From the NCBI GenBank assembly GCA_964016885.1, contig OZ024740.1, positions 384,648,001 through 384,712,000 of the forward strand: a DNA stretch of 64,000 nucleotides, read 5' to 3'. This document shows positions 24,943 through 38,091 of the stretch, piece by piece. This DNA is from Eledone cirrhosa. Lineage: Eukaryota. The position numbers and the translations under genes were made by a program. Each line of letters starts with the position of its first letter. Positions within the stretch are counted from its first letter, which is position 1. The notes under the pieces were generated by a model. That model had not been told where the DNA came from. It saw nothing but the letters and a program-made list of their open reading frames with translations, and ran no database searches.

Positions 24943-26937
24943 TATAAAAGTAATATATATGAGTAATATATATGTTGAAACAGATACCAACATATCTGTA
25001 TTTATATTGCAAAAGAAAGTTAGCCAGACTGAAGAATATTAATTATTATACCACAGTTCGTCCACATCGATTTAAAATAATAATAATAATAAATCGACAA
25101 AAACTAGTTGTGCTGCCAAATGGCAATGATGTTTATACATATTTAAATTTCAAAGTCAAACCTGTTCAGTAGATAAGTTTAAACCTCAAAATCCAAACAT
25201 GTTTCGAGATGGATATAAGTGTAGGAATATCATGCCACTGCTCTCCTCAGTAAACATCCAGAGACAATTGATAAGCTTCACTTCTAAATAATTTAAAAGA
25301 CTGTGTGACGCACATGGGTTCACAGATTCAGGCTAGTCTCATAACCGTACTGCTAGAAATAACAGTCGTATATATGAGGCGAATTTTAGCTCGACGAAGA
25401 GCCGTTATATTAAGTGTAAGGAATTCTTTTACAATGGAATTAGCTCGAAAGGAAATATTCCTGAGCCGTGTATAAAAGTAATATATATGAGTAATATATA
25501 TGTTGAAACAGATACCAACATATCTGTATTTATATTGCAAAAGAAAGTTAGCCAGACTGAAGAATATTAATTATTATACCACAGTTCGTCCACATCGATT
25601 TAAAATAATAATAATAATAAATCGACAAAAACTAGTTGTGCTGCCAAATGGCAATGATGTTTATACATATTTAAATTTCAAAGTCAAACCTGTTCAGTAG
25701 ATAAGTTTAAACCTCAAAATCCAAACATGTTTCGAGATGGATATAAGTGTAGGAATATCATGCCACTGCTCTCCTCAGTAAACATCCAGAGACAATTGAT
25801 AAGCTTCACTTCTAAATAATTTAAAAGACTGTGTGACGCACATGGGTTCACAGATTCAGGCTAGTCTCATAACCGTACTGCTAGAAATAACAGTCGTATA
25901 TATGAGGCGAATTTTAGCTCGACGAAGAGCCGTTATATTAAGTACGGTTATGAGACTAGCCTGAATCTGTGAACCCATGTGCGTCACACAGTCTTTTAAA
26001 TTATTTAGAAGTGAAGCTTATCAATTGTCTCTGGATGTTTACTGAGGAGAGCAGTGGCATGATATTCCTACACTTATATCCATCTCGAAACATGTTTGGA
26101 TTTTGAGGTTTAAACTTATCTACTGAACAGGTTTGACTTTGAAATTTAAATATGTATAAACATCATTGCCATTTGGCAGCACAACTAGTTTTTGTCGATT
26201 TATTATTATTATTATTTTAAATCGATGTGGACGAACTGTGGTATAATAATTAATATTCTTCAGTCTGGCTAACTTTCTTTTGCAATATAAATACAGATAT
26301 GTTGGTATCTGTTTCAACATATATATTACTCATATATATTACTTTTATACACGGCTCAGGAATATTTCCTTTCGAGCTAATTCCATTGTAAAAGAATTCC
26401 TTACACTTAATATAACGGCTCTTCGTCGAGCTAAAATTCGCCTCATATATACGACTGTTATTTCTAGCAGTACGGTTATGAGACTAGCCTGAATCTGTGA
26501 ACCCATGTGCGTCACACAGTCTTTTAAATTATTTAGAAGTGAAGCTTATCAATTGTCTCTGGATGTTTACTGAGGAGAGCAGTGGCATGATATTCCTACA
26601 CTTATATCCATCTCGAAACATGTTTGGATTTTGAGGTTTAAACTTATCTACTGAACAGGTTTGACTTTGAAATTTAAATATGTATAAACATCATTGCCAT
26701 TTGGCAGCACAACTAGTTTTTGTCGATTTATTATTATTATTATTTTAAATCGATGTGGACGAACTGTGGTATAATAATTAATATTCTTCAGTCTGGCTAA
26801 CTTTCTTTTGCAATATAAATACAGATATGTTGGTATCTGTTTCAACATATATATTACTCATATATATTACTTTTATACACGGCTCAGGAATATTTCCTTT
26901 CGAGCTAATTCCATTGTAAAAGAATTCCTTACACTTA

Positions 26938-26939
<2 letters not shown>
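24943..26939. mobile_element. Retrozyme-like family D: 528-bp tandem units arranged as a ~2-kb palindrome
   Basis: Period 528 (24943/25471; ORFs 24972/25500). Inversion junction at 25941-25943 (AGT microhomology) with a ~61-nt spacer. Units look identical by eye; both ends lie in (TA)n. Confidence 0.95.
26036..26102 (+). ncRNA. Hammerhead motif, family D (also 26564-26630 +, 25190-25256 -, 25718-25784 -)
   Basis: CTGAGGA-GAG-ca-GTGG...CCAT-CTC-GAAA-CATG-TT; palindromic ACATGT stem III; GUU site. Stem I GTTTA/TGGAT is wobble-rich. Confidence 0.65.
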
Positions 26940-26984
<45 letters not shown>

Positions 26985-27105
26985 GAGGGAGGGAATAATC
27001 GATTGGAGAGGGGCGTAGAACCCTTTCTGCCAGGAATAGCGGTGGGTTTGCACCTACAACATGGCTCTCTGAGGCTGGTCGTTATATGTATATATATATA
27101 TATAT

Positions 27106-27312
27106 ATAAAATTGCAAACTTAAACGGTTGAAAATTGCAAACTTGACCACAGAATATGAACCTGAATAGTGCGAAAGCATGAAAGTACTTGTTCAATTAA
27201 CACTTAACATTTCATATTCTACCATACTATTTCATTCTAATACCATTATAAATTTTAAAGGATTGTAAATAAAACGAGTAAATCAGACAAAGTTGGAATT
27301 CCTTTTATTAAT
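27106..27312 (+). mobile_element. HHR element family E fragment
   Basis: TGAAC-CTGAATA-GTGC-gaaa-GCAT-GAAA-GTAC-TT-GTTCA at 27157-27195 (G8 mutated). Same family as 49505-49872. Confidence 0.8.
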
Positions 27313-27335
27313 ATATATATATATATATATATATA

Positions 27336-28708
27336 TAGTATAAAAGAGAAAACACAGGTAAGCATTAAGAGAAGGATTTTATCTAGGTATTTACGACCGT
27401 TTCATTGGTAAGTGCAACCTTATATTGCTATACTGCAAACAGCAGCCACTCAATTATAATTGTTGTTCACAGTCCAAATTTTCAAAATAGTGAGTAAGTT
27501 ACTCTTGAAATAGTTCTTAATATATAGAGAAAAACATTTTTTTGGAATTGTATTTACTTGTATAGAGAGAGACGAATTAGAAGGTGAGGGGATAAACGGA
27601 ATAGTATAGAGAGAGAGGAAGGGGGAAAAGTAAGGAAGTAGAGTGACAAACTGAGATGGAGGGAGGGGTAGAAGTGGAAGGATTCCTTGATCAGTTTTGA
27701 CATGTAGACTTCAACTCGTGGAATGTAGTGAGTTAAAGAGAATTAAATTGATCATAGTGGGAGGGAGGGATAGAGAGAGAGAGGGAGGGGGAGATATAAA
27801 GAGATAAATATATATATAAAAAATAAAGATAAAGTTAATAATGACACAAATAAAAGCAAAGAAGGGGGAGAAAGAAGAAAAGAAAAGATAGCCAAAATGG
27901 AGAGGGAAGGAAGGAAGAAAACGAAGAAATAGAAGAGGGATGAAGGGGAAGGGAGGGATATAGGTATTGGTTTTTGTGGGTAATTAAAAGGGTTTAGATA
28001 CAACAAGAGAGTATACAGTCTAAGTATATGCAGTTTGTCAGTTGGTAGTAAGAGGTTAATGGTTCGATTTGCACTTGTAGTGTGAAAACTTCTCTTTGAG
28101 TCCATGATTTATATATTTATCTCTTTATATCCCCCCCCCCCTCTCACTCTCTATCCATCAATTTAATTCTCTTTAACTCACTACATTCCACGACATGAAA
28201 TCTACATATTAAAACTGATCAATGAATCCTTCCACCACTACCCCTCCCTCCGTCTCAGTTTGTCACTCTACTTCCTTACTCTCCACCCTTCCGCTCTCTC
28301 TATACTATTCCGTTTGTCCCCTCACCTTCTAATTCCTCTCTCTCTATACTCGTAAATACAATTCCAAAAAAATGTTTTTCTCCATATATTAAGAACTATT
28401 TCAAGAGTAACTTATTCACTATTTTGAAAATTTGGACTGTGAACAACAATTATAATTAAGTGGCTGCTATTTGCAGTATAGCAATATAAGGCTGCACTTA
28501 CCAAGGAAACGGTCGTAAATACCTGGATAAAATCCTTCCCTTAATGCTTACCTGTGCTTTCTCTTTTATACTTTATACTCCAAGATTGAACGGAATCTTA
28601 CAAACTTGTGGAGTTACCCCTAACCGTACGTTGAAATCATCCATGAAACTGACTTTCTTAACCACGAACTGGATCACAATAAGCAATGTTCTGCTTCCCT
28701 AACTATGT
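27336..28708. mobile_element. Fold-back PLE-type element family G
   Basis: Arms ~27336-27800 and ~28115-28572 are inverted and moderately diverged. Right tail ~135 nt; GAAA-CGG-TC at 28506-28514; both ends in (TA)n. Confidence 0.85.
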
Positions 28709-28726
28709 ATATATATATATATATAT

Positions 28727-29167
28727 ACGGAAAAAATGAAACGAATTTTCATTTCTCAATCTTAGTACGGCTGTTACTTAAATATAAGTATGTATACGTA
28801 CATACATATATGTATACAGACGTACAGTAGTATATATATATATACATACATGCACACATATATATATGTACGTATGGATTCACCGAACATTTATTATAAT
28901 GCTTGGTGTGTTTGTCAACAAACAACCCGAATTAAGTCGTGCAGTGTCTAGCAACCATCGTTGCTCATTTGTTCAACACTGATAAAGGAACGCTGTACTA
29001 GTTTCAAGCTTATTAGCTATCGTCAGCAACATATACCTTCCTGCCAGATGATTGAACATCTGAAAGTATATACTTTCCTTATGCATATTAACGGCTGAGC
29101 AGCCTAATTTGCATATCTAGTGAGTTAATCGGCTTGGGCACCGAAAACGATAAACGGAAAAAAATGA

Positions 29168-29170
<3 letters not shown>
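28727..29170 (-). mobile_element. Family C, one complete unit with terminal redundancy
   Basis: ACGGAAAAAATGAAAC at both 28727 and ~29154 (period ~427); intact CTGACGA HHR core. Confidence 0.9.
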
Positions 29171-29214
<44 letters not shown>

Positions 29215-29215
29215 G

Positions 29216-29266
<51 letters not shown>

Positions 29267-29301
29267 GTATGTATATATATATATATATATATATACGTAT
29301 G

Positions 29302-29337
<36 letters not shown>

Positions 29338-29338
<1 letters not shown>

Positions 29339-29775
29339 TAGCAGAGGAACCCGGCGTTGCTCGGGTATTAAATAGCAGTTGTGTATAACATTTATGTCAA
29401 TACTTCAGTGCTCTCTTCGAAAACTATACTTTTACAAAATCATCGGCTTTTTCCAAAAGGTGTTCCTGCCCCCAGGGGTCCCCTACTCAATATGTGCCAA
29501 TTCTGAGAGTTCACATTCATCTGTAGGTCAAACGTAGCACATGTGTCAAGGTTTGTGAAAATCGGTTGCGAACTCCAGAAGTTATGACGTTTTGTTGCAT
29601 TGCACTGCAGTGCTTCAGTCGACTCCAAGGTGGTTAAAGGGGGTTATCTGCCGGGAGGCACTATAATCAATATCTGGAAAAATGAAAGTGTCCATGACCA
29701 TCCGGAGTACATAAGTAACCTATATATGTCTTACGTTTGGTGAAAATACTGTAGAAATGCATGAGGTTTATACAT
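29338..29775 (-). mobile_element. Short non-autonomous Helitron related to 10887-14895
   Basis: CTAGCAGAGGAACCCGGCGTTGCTCGGGT is the 3' CTAG plus hairpin. The body shares GGGGTCCCCT and AAGGGGGTTATCTGC motifs with 14560-14850. Confidence 0.8.
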
Positions 29776-29795
29776 ACGCGTGCGTGCGTGCGTGC

Positions 29796-29838
<43 letters not shown>

Positions 29839-30454
29839 TGGTGTGTGTGTGTTTGTGGGTGTGTATGTATTTGTGTGTGAGTATGTATATGTATGTCCGT
29901 CGGGGCACACGTATGTACTGGCCTACATCTTCACTATTTACTTTTACTATTTTAATAACCTCTGTCATTTTCGTTTACAATTTTATTTACATCATTCTTA
30001 AATTCCGGCGCGGGAAATCATTCTGTTATTTTAAATAGAATATTAGTCTAACGACTCCATTTATACCATAAACTTGGTCTTGTCTTTGCATGAAATTGTT
30101 CTTCTAGCTCCACATAACGAAGTATTATCCTCCCTTTTTTCCCGTTCACGAACCAAAATATCGTCTTCCTGTTTTCGCCCCGTTGCAACGTTTCTCGAAA
30201 TATTACTTCTGCGTTCACAGATTACTCCCAGTTCAATTTGAATGGGAAATTCCTGTTTCATCGATTTTCTCCGTAACCATGGACGCTTGTAGCTTAGAAG
30301 TCGACCCAACGCCTCCTCGAGTCATTCTGCATAACGTTGTAAATTTTCGCTGCATTCCACTAAGCCGTTTCGACGTTTATCCGACTACACCTACTTACTT
30401 AAATATACAACATCCGACCACTTCCAATTTATATAGTAGATATATATATATATA

Positions 30455-30636
30455 TAACGAAGTAAGTGTGGTCAGGAACCAGGTGGACCATAACGTACCA
30501 GAATACTCGATACTTAGGGTAGTAGAGTGGGTAATAGGAAAAGAACCAGGAGTAACCCAGTAGTGTACTGGGTTAGTTCAGATCTAGCTGTCGAAATGGC
30601 CGGAGCTCAGCCGTCGAGGTCCTGACTCTTTTCCTA
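30455..30636. mobile_element. Family A2 fold-back copy with a small central hairpin
   Basis: Tail arm, then TAACCCAGTA-gtg-TACTGGGTTA, then sense arm GTCGAAATGGCCGGAGCTCAGCCGTCGAGGT. Confidence 0.85.
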
Positions 30637-30696
30637 TATATATATATATACATCACCCTCCACACACGCACACATACACACACGCACACACGCACG

Positions 30697-30732
<36 letters not shown>

Positions 30733-31640
30733 AATATATATTTAGTTTTGTTGGTTCACCACTGGATAGAACTGGTCATTCCTTATGGTCAACCTCGATG
30801 TAATACTATGGAGAGTACTCAATGTAATGCAACCCACCCGTCTTCGTTTGTGTATTTGGTGGTGCGAGTACGGAGTTAATTATTATAAAATAGCAGGAGG
30901 CTGGACTGGTGTAAATCCTTGAAACTTTTATTATACTATGATCATTTCAATGACCGGGTTCGGTGTAAATCTGGTGACATCTTCAGGTATTCAAATTATA
31001 ACAAAGGAATATTATTGATAACATCCATGGGGCTGAAAATCAGAGCCAAGAGGGCGACCGACTATTTAGCAGCTTCTACCCCTGTCGGCCGCCCTCAAGT
31101 GTTGATTATTAAGTCTACTTATGACCATCTGGTGAGGGGGTGCAAGCTTATAATGTGCTACTATCACCCCGTCAAAGGGAAATGTCAGCGTTGAGGTTAT
31201 GCTACAATCAGGCTGATCATGCGTGCTCGAAATTGCCGCGAAAAATGTTTTTTCCAAAGAACAAATATCTTCAACAAAGACATATATAGAGAGTAAAAAA
31301 GATAGAGACTGTGTGTGAATGAGAGAGAGAGAGAGAGAGTCTGACAGAGAGAGTAAAAGAGAGAGAGAGTGTGTATGAATGAAATAGAGAGAGAGATTGA
31401 CAGAGAGAGTGAGAAAGAGAGAGTGTGTGTAAGTGATAGAGAGAGAAAGTGACAGTTTAGAGAAGGAGGCTTTTATGAAAAAGTTTAAGTGTAATATATA
31501 TAGTCACGATAAATTTTGAAGGTTGGATATAGAGTAAAGATTAAGCCCTTGCTTAGCGGTCAATAACCAGCGACGACTGCGGACACCCCGCCAGCCACCC
31601 CTCATCGCGTGTTACCAAACGATTATTATTTATTCACACA

Positions 31641-31745
31641 CGCCGAGGTTAACTTTGCCTTTCATCCTTACGGGGTCGATAAAATAAAGTACCAGTAATA
31701 CACTGATATTTGCTGGCCTTGTGCCTAACGTAGAAACAATTATTT
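31641..31745 (+). mobile_element. SINE S1, 5'-truncated
   Basis: CGCCGAGGTTAACTTTGCCTTTCATCCTTACGGGGTCGATAAAATAAAGTACCAG. Confidence 0.8.
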
Positions 31746-31784
31746 ATTCACACACGTTATGTGAGGTTGAAAGTGGTAAAACGC

Positions 31785-31815
<31 letters not shown>

Positions 31816-31816
31816 A

Positions 31817-31847
<31 letters not shown>

Positions 31848-32942
31848 CATATATGTATATATATGTATATATATATACATATATATCTGTGTTTGTGAGT
31901 TTATAAGTTGGTTGGAAAGTGTAACACATATAGCCAGTAGAATTTAGATAAACGTAAAAAAAATTAATATATAGTCAGCTATTCTATCGAAAATAACCTT
32001 TAGAAAGGAAAGAACTCGGTCGTCAAGTCACGCTAAAGAAATTATATATCTATTGCCCTTTCAGTTGATTATACTAACAGTCACTCGCAACTCCTTTAGA
32101 ACAACCTTAATTGTCCTTGAAATGATAATTTCTATATGATTCTTACAAGACCACGGACTAGTATGGTAGTTTTTCTAGGATGTGGTTCTAATCATATTAA
32201 TAATCTGGATGGATTGACATACGAGGGCATTCCAAATGTTTCTCGGTGTTATGATTTTTCTGGATTTCTAATAAGATTTGACTACTAGTATACCATGATA
32301 CCAGGTATAGGTTCCCCTATAATGGACGCATATGATGCAGTTATTAAATACACCATAGAATGCAAAATATAATGTCCGTTATGATGGATTTTGAACGCAG
32401 CCACAGAGTCAATGCCACTACGAGGCATTAAGTTCATAGCTCTACTTACTAGTACCACCATCCCCAACACGGCGTTTAATGGTTGCCCAAAATATTATTG
32501 ATAGCTTTATTTTTGTATTTTGCGCAGCAGCTGTAATCAGTGATGAGAAAATGGATTAAGAAATAATACAAGATTGGAATCCTGAGGACCAGCTAAATAT
32601 ATAAAACTTCAAATTTCCTGGATACTAAATATGAAATATTGGAAACTTCCGGAAATCTTAATAACGTTAAACTAGACGCATGGAAATTATCATTCTACAA
32701 TCCGTATTCATGTTTTCACTTGTTTATTCGTTCATTTCGTTCTTCTTTTGCTTTCTTTCATCTCTTTGATATTCTTTATCGATTTCTACTACAACATTTT
32801 AATCAGAGGGAAAAATTAAGAATAAAATGATTGCGTTTCTGCATGCATATGCACATACATACATAAATACATAAATACAATAATGTATATATATATATAG
32901 AATATATTCTATCTCTCTCTCTCTCTCAGTATATATATATAT

Positions 32943-32993
<51 letters not shown>

Positions 32994-33079
32994 ATATATA
33001 TATATACTCTGAGAGAGAGAGAGAATATATATATATTTATATATATTTATATATATATATATACTGAGAGAGAGAATAT

Positions 33080-33153
<74 letters not shown>

Positions 33154-33651
33154 TATAATGTACATATATATATTTATTCGTGTGTATATGTGTGTGTGTA
33201 TGCGTGGGTGCATGTGTCTAGAGCGTGTATGCGTCTGTGTGTGTGTGGAGATTTTTAGAAAGATAAATAGAGGTATGAGTACGGAACGGGGAAGAAGGAA
33301 ATAGAGAATGCCAAGTTCTTGAGGATCTTAGCTTAGACAATTATAGATTCCGTGTAATCCGAGACAGTGATAAGGCCATCTACAATAAACAACGAAGCAG
33401 TACAGCTGTAGTGCGTTTTTACAGATGCACGTAACGAACCAACGCTTGTATATTGTCTTAATTAATGTCAGAGAGATGGTGATGTTGAAGTGAAAGACGG
33501 AGATACTGAGCAGAAAGATATTTAGAAAGCTTGATTTATCGGCGTAAAAAATAAAGAACATACCGAGCTAATTTGATAAAGTGAACTCCGAAATATGCGT
33601 GTGGGAGTGTCTGTCGCTGAGGGTACACTTGTATATATGTATGTGCGTGGG

Positions 33652-33726
<75 letters not shown>

Positions 33727-35202
33727 TTAGTCGGCGTTGAATCTTCACTGCTAACATGCGGAATTGTTAGTTCTTGTCGGTGCCTTAGGATATATAAAAG
33801 TTACGAAAAGTTCTGAATAGAGACGGAGTGAATCGTTATCTTCGATTAAACAATTAAACACGGCCTGCTATTGGTACTATTTTTCTTTTGTTTTTCATTT
33901 GCATATTCAAACGAATATTATATATAAAATATACACATATGCTCATATATATTTATATTTATATCTATCTAAGACGGAAAATTAAGAATAAGAGGATTGT
34001 ATTTGCGCGTACGCTTTACAAACATACCTATATACATACATAAATACATAAATACATACATACATAAACCATTTGACTGTCGCATCATATCGCTCCCACA
34101 ATATCTACGAAAGAGACATCCATAGAATGAATCTGTTTAGATGTGGTAGATGACATCGTGAGAGTTACGAAAGAGATCCATGACAAACACTCGCGGTGTA
34201 ATAACCAAAGTCTCACAACCATGAATATTGTACACCAATACTGCAACGAAAACAATGGATGAAATACTGCATTCTTATCAACAAAAACTCATTCATATCT
34301 CTGTTGCGAGAAAGTTTCAATCGGTGAGTTATATAGCGAAGCACATTTATCTATCATGGAAGCGCTACATTAGCTCTCCCTTTGAAGGATATAATATTGT
34401 ATTTAAGATAACAACAAAATGACAACAGAAGAGAGAGGTTTGCAGACGCCGGAATAAACATCGAGGATGTTACCTGTAACTTAAGTAGCTGTCCATAAGT
34501 GTCATCACTATAATATCTACCTATGAGGCATGATGCAGTTGCCAAAACACTGTACAATTCATAGAAGGAACTTTCCTGAGAATAAAGATATAAAAAGATA
34601 CAATGACGTGGAAGGTATATACATACATGTCAGACACGAATTTTGATGGAATATTCCAGTCAGAAACAAATACAATACAAATATAACAGACCCGACATAG
34701 TGTGATATTGGACAGAGATAAGAAAGTATTCACAGCAATAGAAATCAGATAAACTATACATGTTAATATAATGGAACGATTAGTGAAAATGAGAACATCT
34801 ATGCTGCAGTAATCAGGAATCTGTCAATACACAACCCTGTGGTTTGGGAGGTTCTTGGATATGTTACATATCTGGAGAAGCTGGGCTTCACAGGACTGGA
34901 AAGAGCAGGGCTAGTTAGGACGCTACAAGTACAGTCCATTAATGGAAATTTAAAACTATGTAAAGTATTTCGGAAATTCACCATGTAACAAGTGCATGTA
35001 CACATGTTTGAATACAATAACATATCCACGTGTACAAATTATTTAAAACATAGAGATGCACGCATCCAATTAAATCCATATCATCATAGACACATTACAT
35101 AGAGACATACATACGTATTTTCCTGGAAAATGCTGTCTAAATTCCAGTGGAAGAATCTCGTTTCTGTGTGAGAAACTCTCTCTATTGGTAAAAATGTATA
35201 AA

Positions 35203-35452
35203 ATAATTGTTTCTACTTTTGGCACAAGGCCAGCAATTATCCCAGTGCATTACTGGTACTTTATTTTATCGACCCCGTAAGGATGAAAGGCAAAGTTAAC
35301 CTCGTCGGGATTTGAACTCGGAATGGCAAGGGCCGTAACTCTGTACGTCAAAGCATGGCGTCCGACCCTCTACCGATACTGCGAATCCACTACCAAAAAT
35401 GCATAAAATAATTGTTTCTACTTTAGGCACAAAGCCAGCAATTACCCAGTAC
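35203..35452 (-). mobile_element. SINE S1, full copy plus a second 3' end
   Basis: Sequence match to the 7128 SINE. Confidence 0.85.
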
Positions 35453-35555
35453 ATTACAAAAGGTATAAAATAATAAAACCAGAACATACATACATGGATG
35501 CAAACATATGCAAAGACTTACATATAGGCATACATGCATATAAATATATATATAG

Positions 35556-35597
35556 CCCGAGCTGAAGATCCTTAAGAGTGAAACAATTGTTCGCGGT
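35556..35597 (+). ncRNA. Degenerate minimal hammerhead motif
   Basis: CCGAG-CTGAAGA-TCCTTAAGAGT-GAAA-CAATTG-TT-CGCGG; palindromic ACAATTGT stem III. Confidence 0.55.
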
Positions 35598-35649
35598 ATG
35601 GTGAACTAACTGTTGTGTTACTACTTCTATATCTATATCTATATATGCA

Positions 35650-35697
<48 letters not shown>

Positions 35698-35700
<3 letters not shown>

Positions 35701-36309
35701 ATCAAGTATGACACCGACGGCAGAGAGCTGAAGCCGTTTCGACGGCTATTTCTGGACTCCAGGAAAATTTCTGTCGGAGTTGACGAAGTAGAGGTTCCAG
35801 TTTTGTCCGAGTGCAGCAAAATGCCGTTAGTGTTTTCATACTCTGTTACTTTGCTAGGGAGTTTTTGTAGGAATCTGTTGTGTCTGGGTTTGAATATAAT
35901 GCTCTTGACCAGTTGGAAAAGGTCGTTCTCGAAGGGTGAGAGCATAGGGTTCGGAAGGAGAGATTTGTAGGTATTAAATCCGAATCTCTCCTTGGTATCG
36001 AAGTCCTGATAGTCGCGGTATCTGTCGTAGAAAAAAGTTCTCCATCTTAGTCTTTTCGCAAAGAGGTCGATTTTTTGCGTGAGCATCCGAAGGTAAAGTT
36101 TTCTCGGTGGAACTGGGATGTCGATGTTGTGTTTTCGCATGGTGCGGGAGAAAATACTTGAACTGGGCGGAAAAGAATATAGCCGTCGAAATGGCTTGAG
36201 CTTTGCCGTCGAGGTCATACTTGTTCCTATTACCCACTCTACTACCCTAAGTATTGAGCACTTTGGTGTGTTATGGTCGATCTGGTTCCTTACCACAATT
36301 CCTTCGTTA
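35698..36309. mobile_element. Family A fold-back copy enclosing a PLE ORF fragment
   Basis: Short arm 35698-35758, long-tail arm 36175-36309, coding spacer between them. Confidence 0.9.
35770..36150 (-). pseudogene. Penelope-like element ORF N-terminus (Nematis-like pre-RT region)
   Basis: IPVPPRKLYLRMLTQKIDLFAKRLRWRTFFY..FGFNT..PFENDLFQLVKSIIF..FLQKL..HSDKTG. A 1-nt frameshift restores DKTGNLYFV, the conserved DK(G/T) motif preceding PLE RT. Confidence 0.75.
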
Positions 36310-37187
36310 TATATATATATACATATATATAATTCAATTAAAATATATATGTTTATATAGAGAATAAACATCCATATATAGTTGGAGGAACACAGTATTT
36401 TAGATATATATATATAAAGCCTAATATACTTTGGAATAACTACGTGCTTTAAGGTGGGAAATTTATATTCTGATACTGTTTCATAGGAACTTTTCCCCTT
36501 AAGGTATGTAGTTTTTCTTAAATATTATATGCTTTATATATATGTACAAATTACCATTTGTTTCTCTAACGATATATGGTTCTTTATCTCTCTCTATATA
36601 TAAATATATCTTTTTTTATTTTAATCATTGATGGTCTGGAAAACTTCCAATGATCTTTTCTACTGAGAAATATAATCATCATACATATTATGTCTATCAA
36701 TATACTACTAAATCTCTGTGACTGTGTGCTTGTCTGTGATTTAATGCACCCTAACGGCGCATAATGGGGTAGTAGGAATTTGCCCCTCAAATGGGAGTAC
36801 AAATGGAATAATAAAAGTTTCGCGTAAATCGGAGTATGGGTTCACGACATACGGTTTTTTTTCACGACATACGGTTTTTTTTCCATAAATAGATAGAAAG
36901 AGATAGTGGTTGGGGGAGAGTAGATTGACAGAGAGACATGGAGATAGACAGAGAAGGAAAATGCAAGAGAGTGAGAGAGAAAGCTGAGGTGTTGTTGAAC
37001 GAAGTTATAACAGGTGACGACAAGAATCAAATAAAGCAATACTTTATCTGGTGACTATATATTAAGTCATATGTATCATATACCTTGCGTTAGGACAATG
37101 TGTGTAGCGAATATTTCTTGGTAAATAGGAAGGGTTTATGTGTGTGTGTGTGTTACCAGTGTATATAGGTCGCAGACACCACCATAA

Positions 37188-37311
<124 letters not shown>

Positions 37312-37400
37312 TATATATATATATATTATATATATATAAATATATAAAATAAAATAATTAAGTCAAATATTAAACAATTGGCTTCGTTTATTAAAGATGT

Positions 37401-37455
37401 ACTGCTATATATATTTCGGTGACAGCCATCCTTGGCTGTGACCTCTTCAGGCAGT
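37401..37455 (-). ncRNA. Canonical type-I hammerhead ribozyme (family L fragment, ~37345-37570)
   Basis: Minus strand: ACTGC-CTGAAGA-GGTcACAGCCA-agga-TGGCTGTcACC-GAAA-TATATA-TA-GCAGT. Confidence 0.9.
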
Positions 37456-37568
37456 CCGAATTGGTGTGGTAGAGAGAGGTACACATGTTGGGGAAGTGTT
37501 TTACTCCGTCAATACTCCGACATGCCCAGCTCCTGGTTGGGTTGGTATTTCTCTGAGGAGCTGGAATC

Positions 37569-37602
<34 letters not shown>

Positions 37603-37615
37603 GTATATATGTATA

Positions 37616-37708
<93 letters not shown>

Positions 37709-38023
37709 CAATAATAATCAATTTGAAGACTAAAATCCAAAGAGGGCTCGATAAGGATAAATGTATACTATAAACGTGGTTTTGTCTTTCCGTGTAATTG
37801 TTTTCACCGCTCCAAATAATGACGTATTATCTTCGTTTTTTTTTTTTCGTTCTTTGCCAGGGAACGTTTCCACGAACCAAAGTATCGTCTTCCTGTCTTC
37901 CTTCGGTTCGAACGTTTTTTGAAATATTTACTTCTGCGTTCACAGATTGATTTTTTTTAGTTTCAGAAGATCCCGTTAAGGGTGCAAGCACCGATTCTTT
38001 GCTTAAACATTAATCTGTTATAC

Positions 38024-38089
<66 letters not shown>

Positions 38090-38091
<2 letters not shown>

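Noticed and set aside
24972-26848. Identical 66-aa ORF four times and 70-aa ORF twice
   Set aside because: By-product of the 528-bp repeat. No recognisable domain, and the 66-aa ORF is antisense to the HHR.
32912-32990. (CT)n-CAGT-(AT)n-ACTG-(AG)n palindrome
   Set aside because: Almost entirely simple repeat; too little unique sequence to assign a mechanism.
35454-36371. 305-aa ORF as an intact gene
   Set aside because: It is a chimera of microsatellite, antisense family A arm and a frameshifted PLE fragment.
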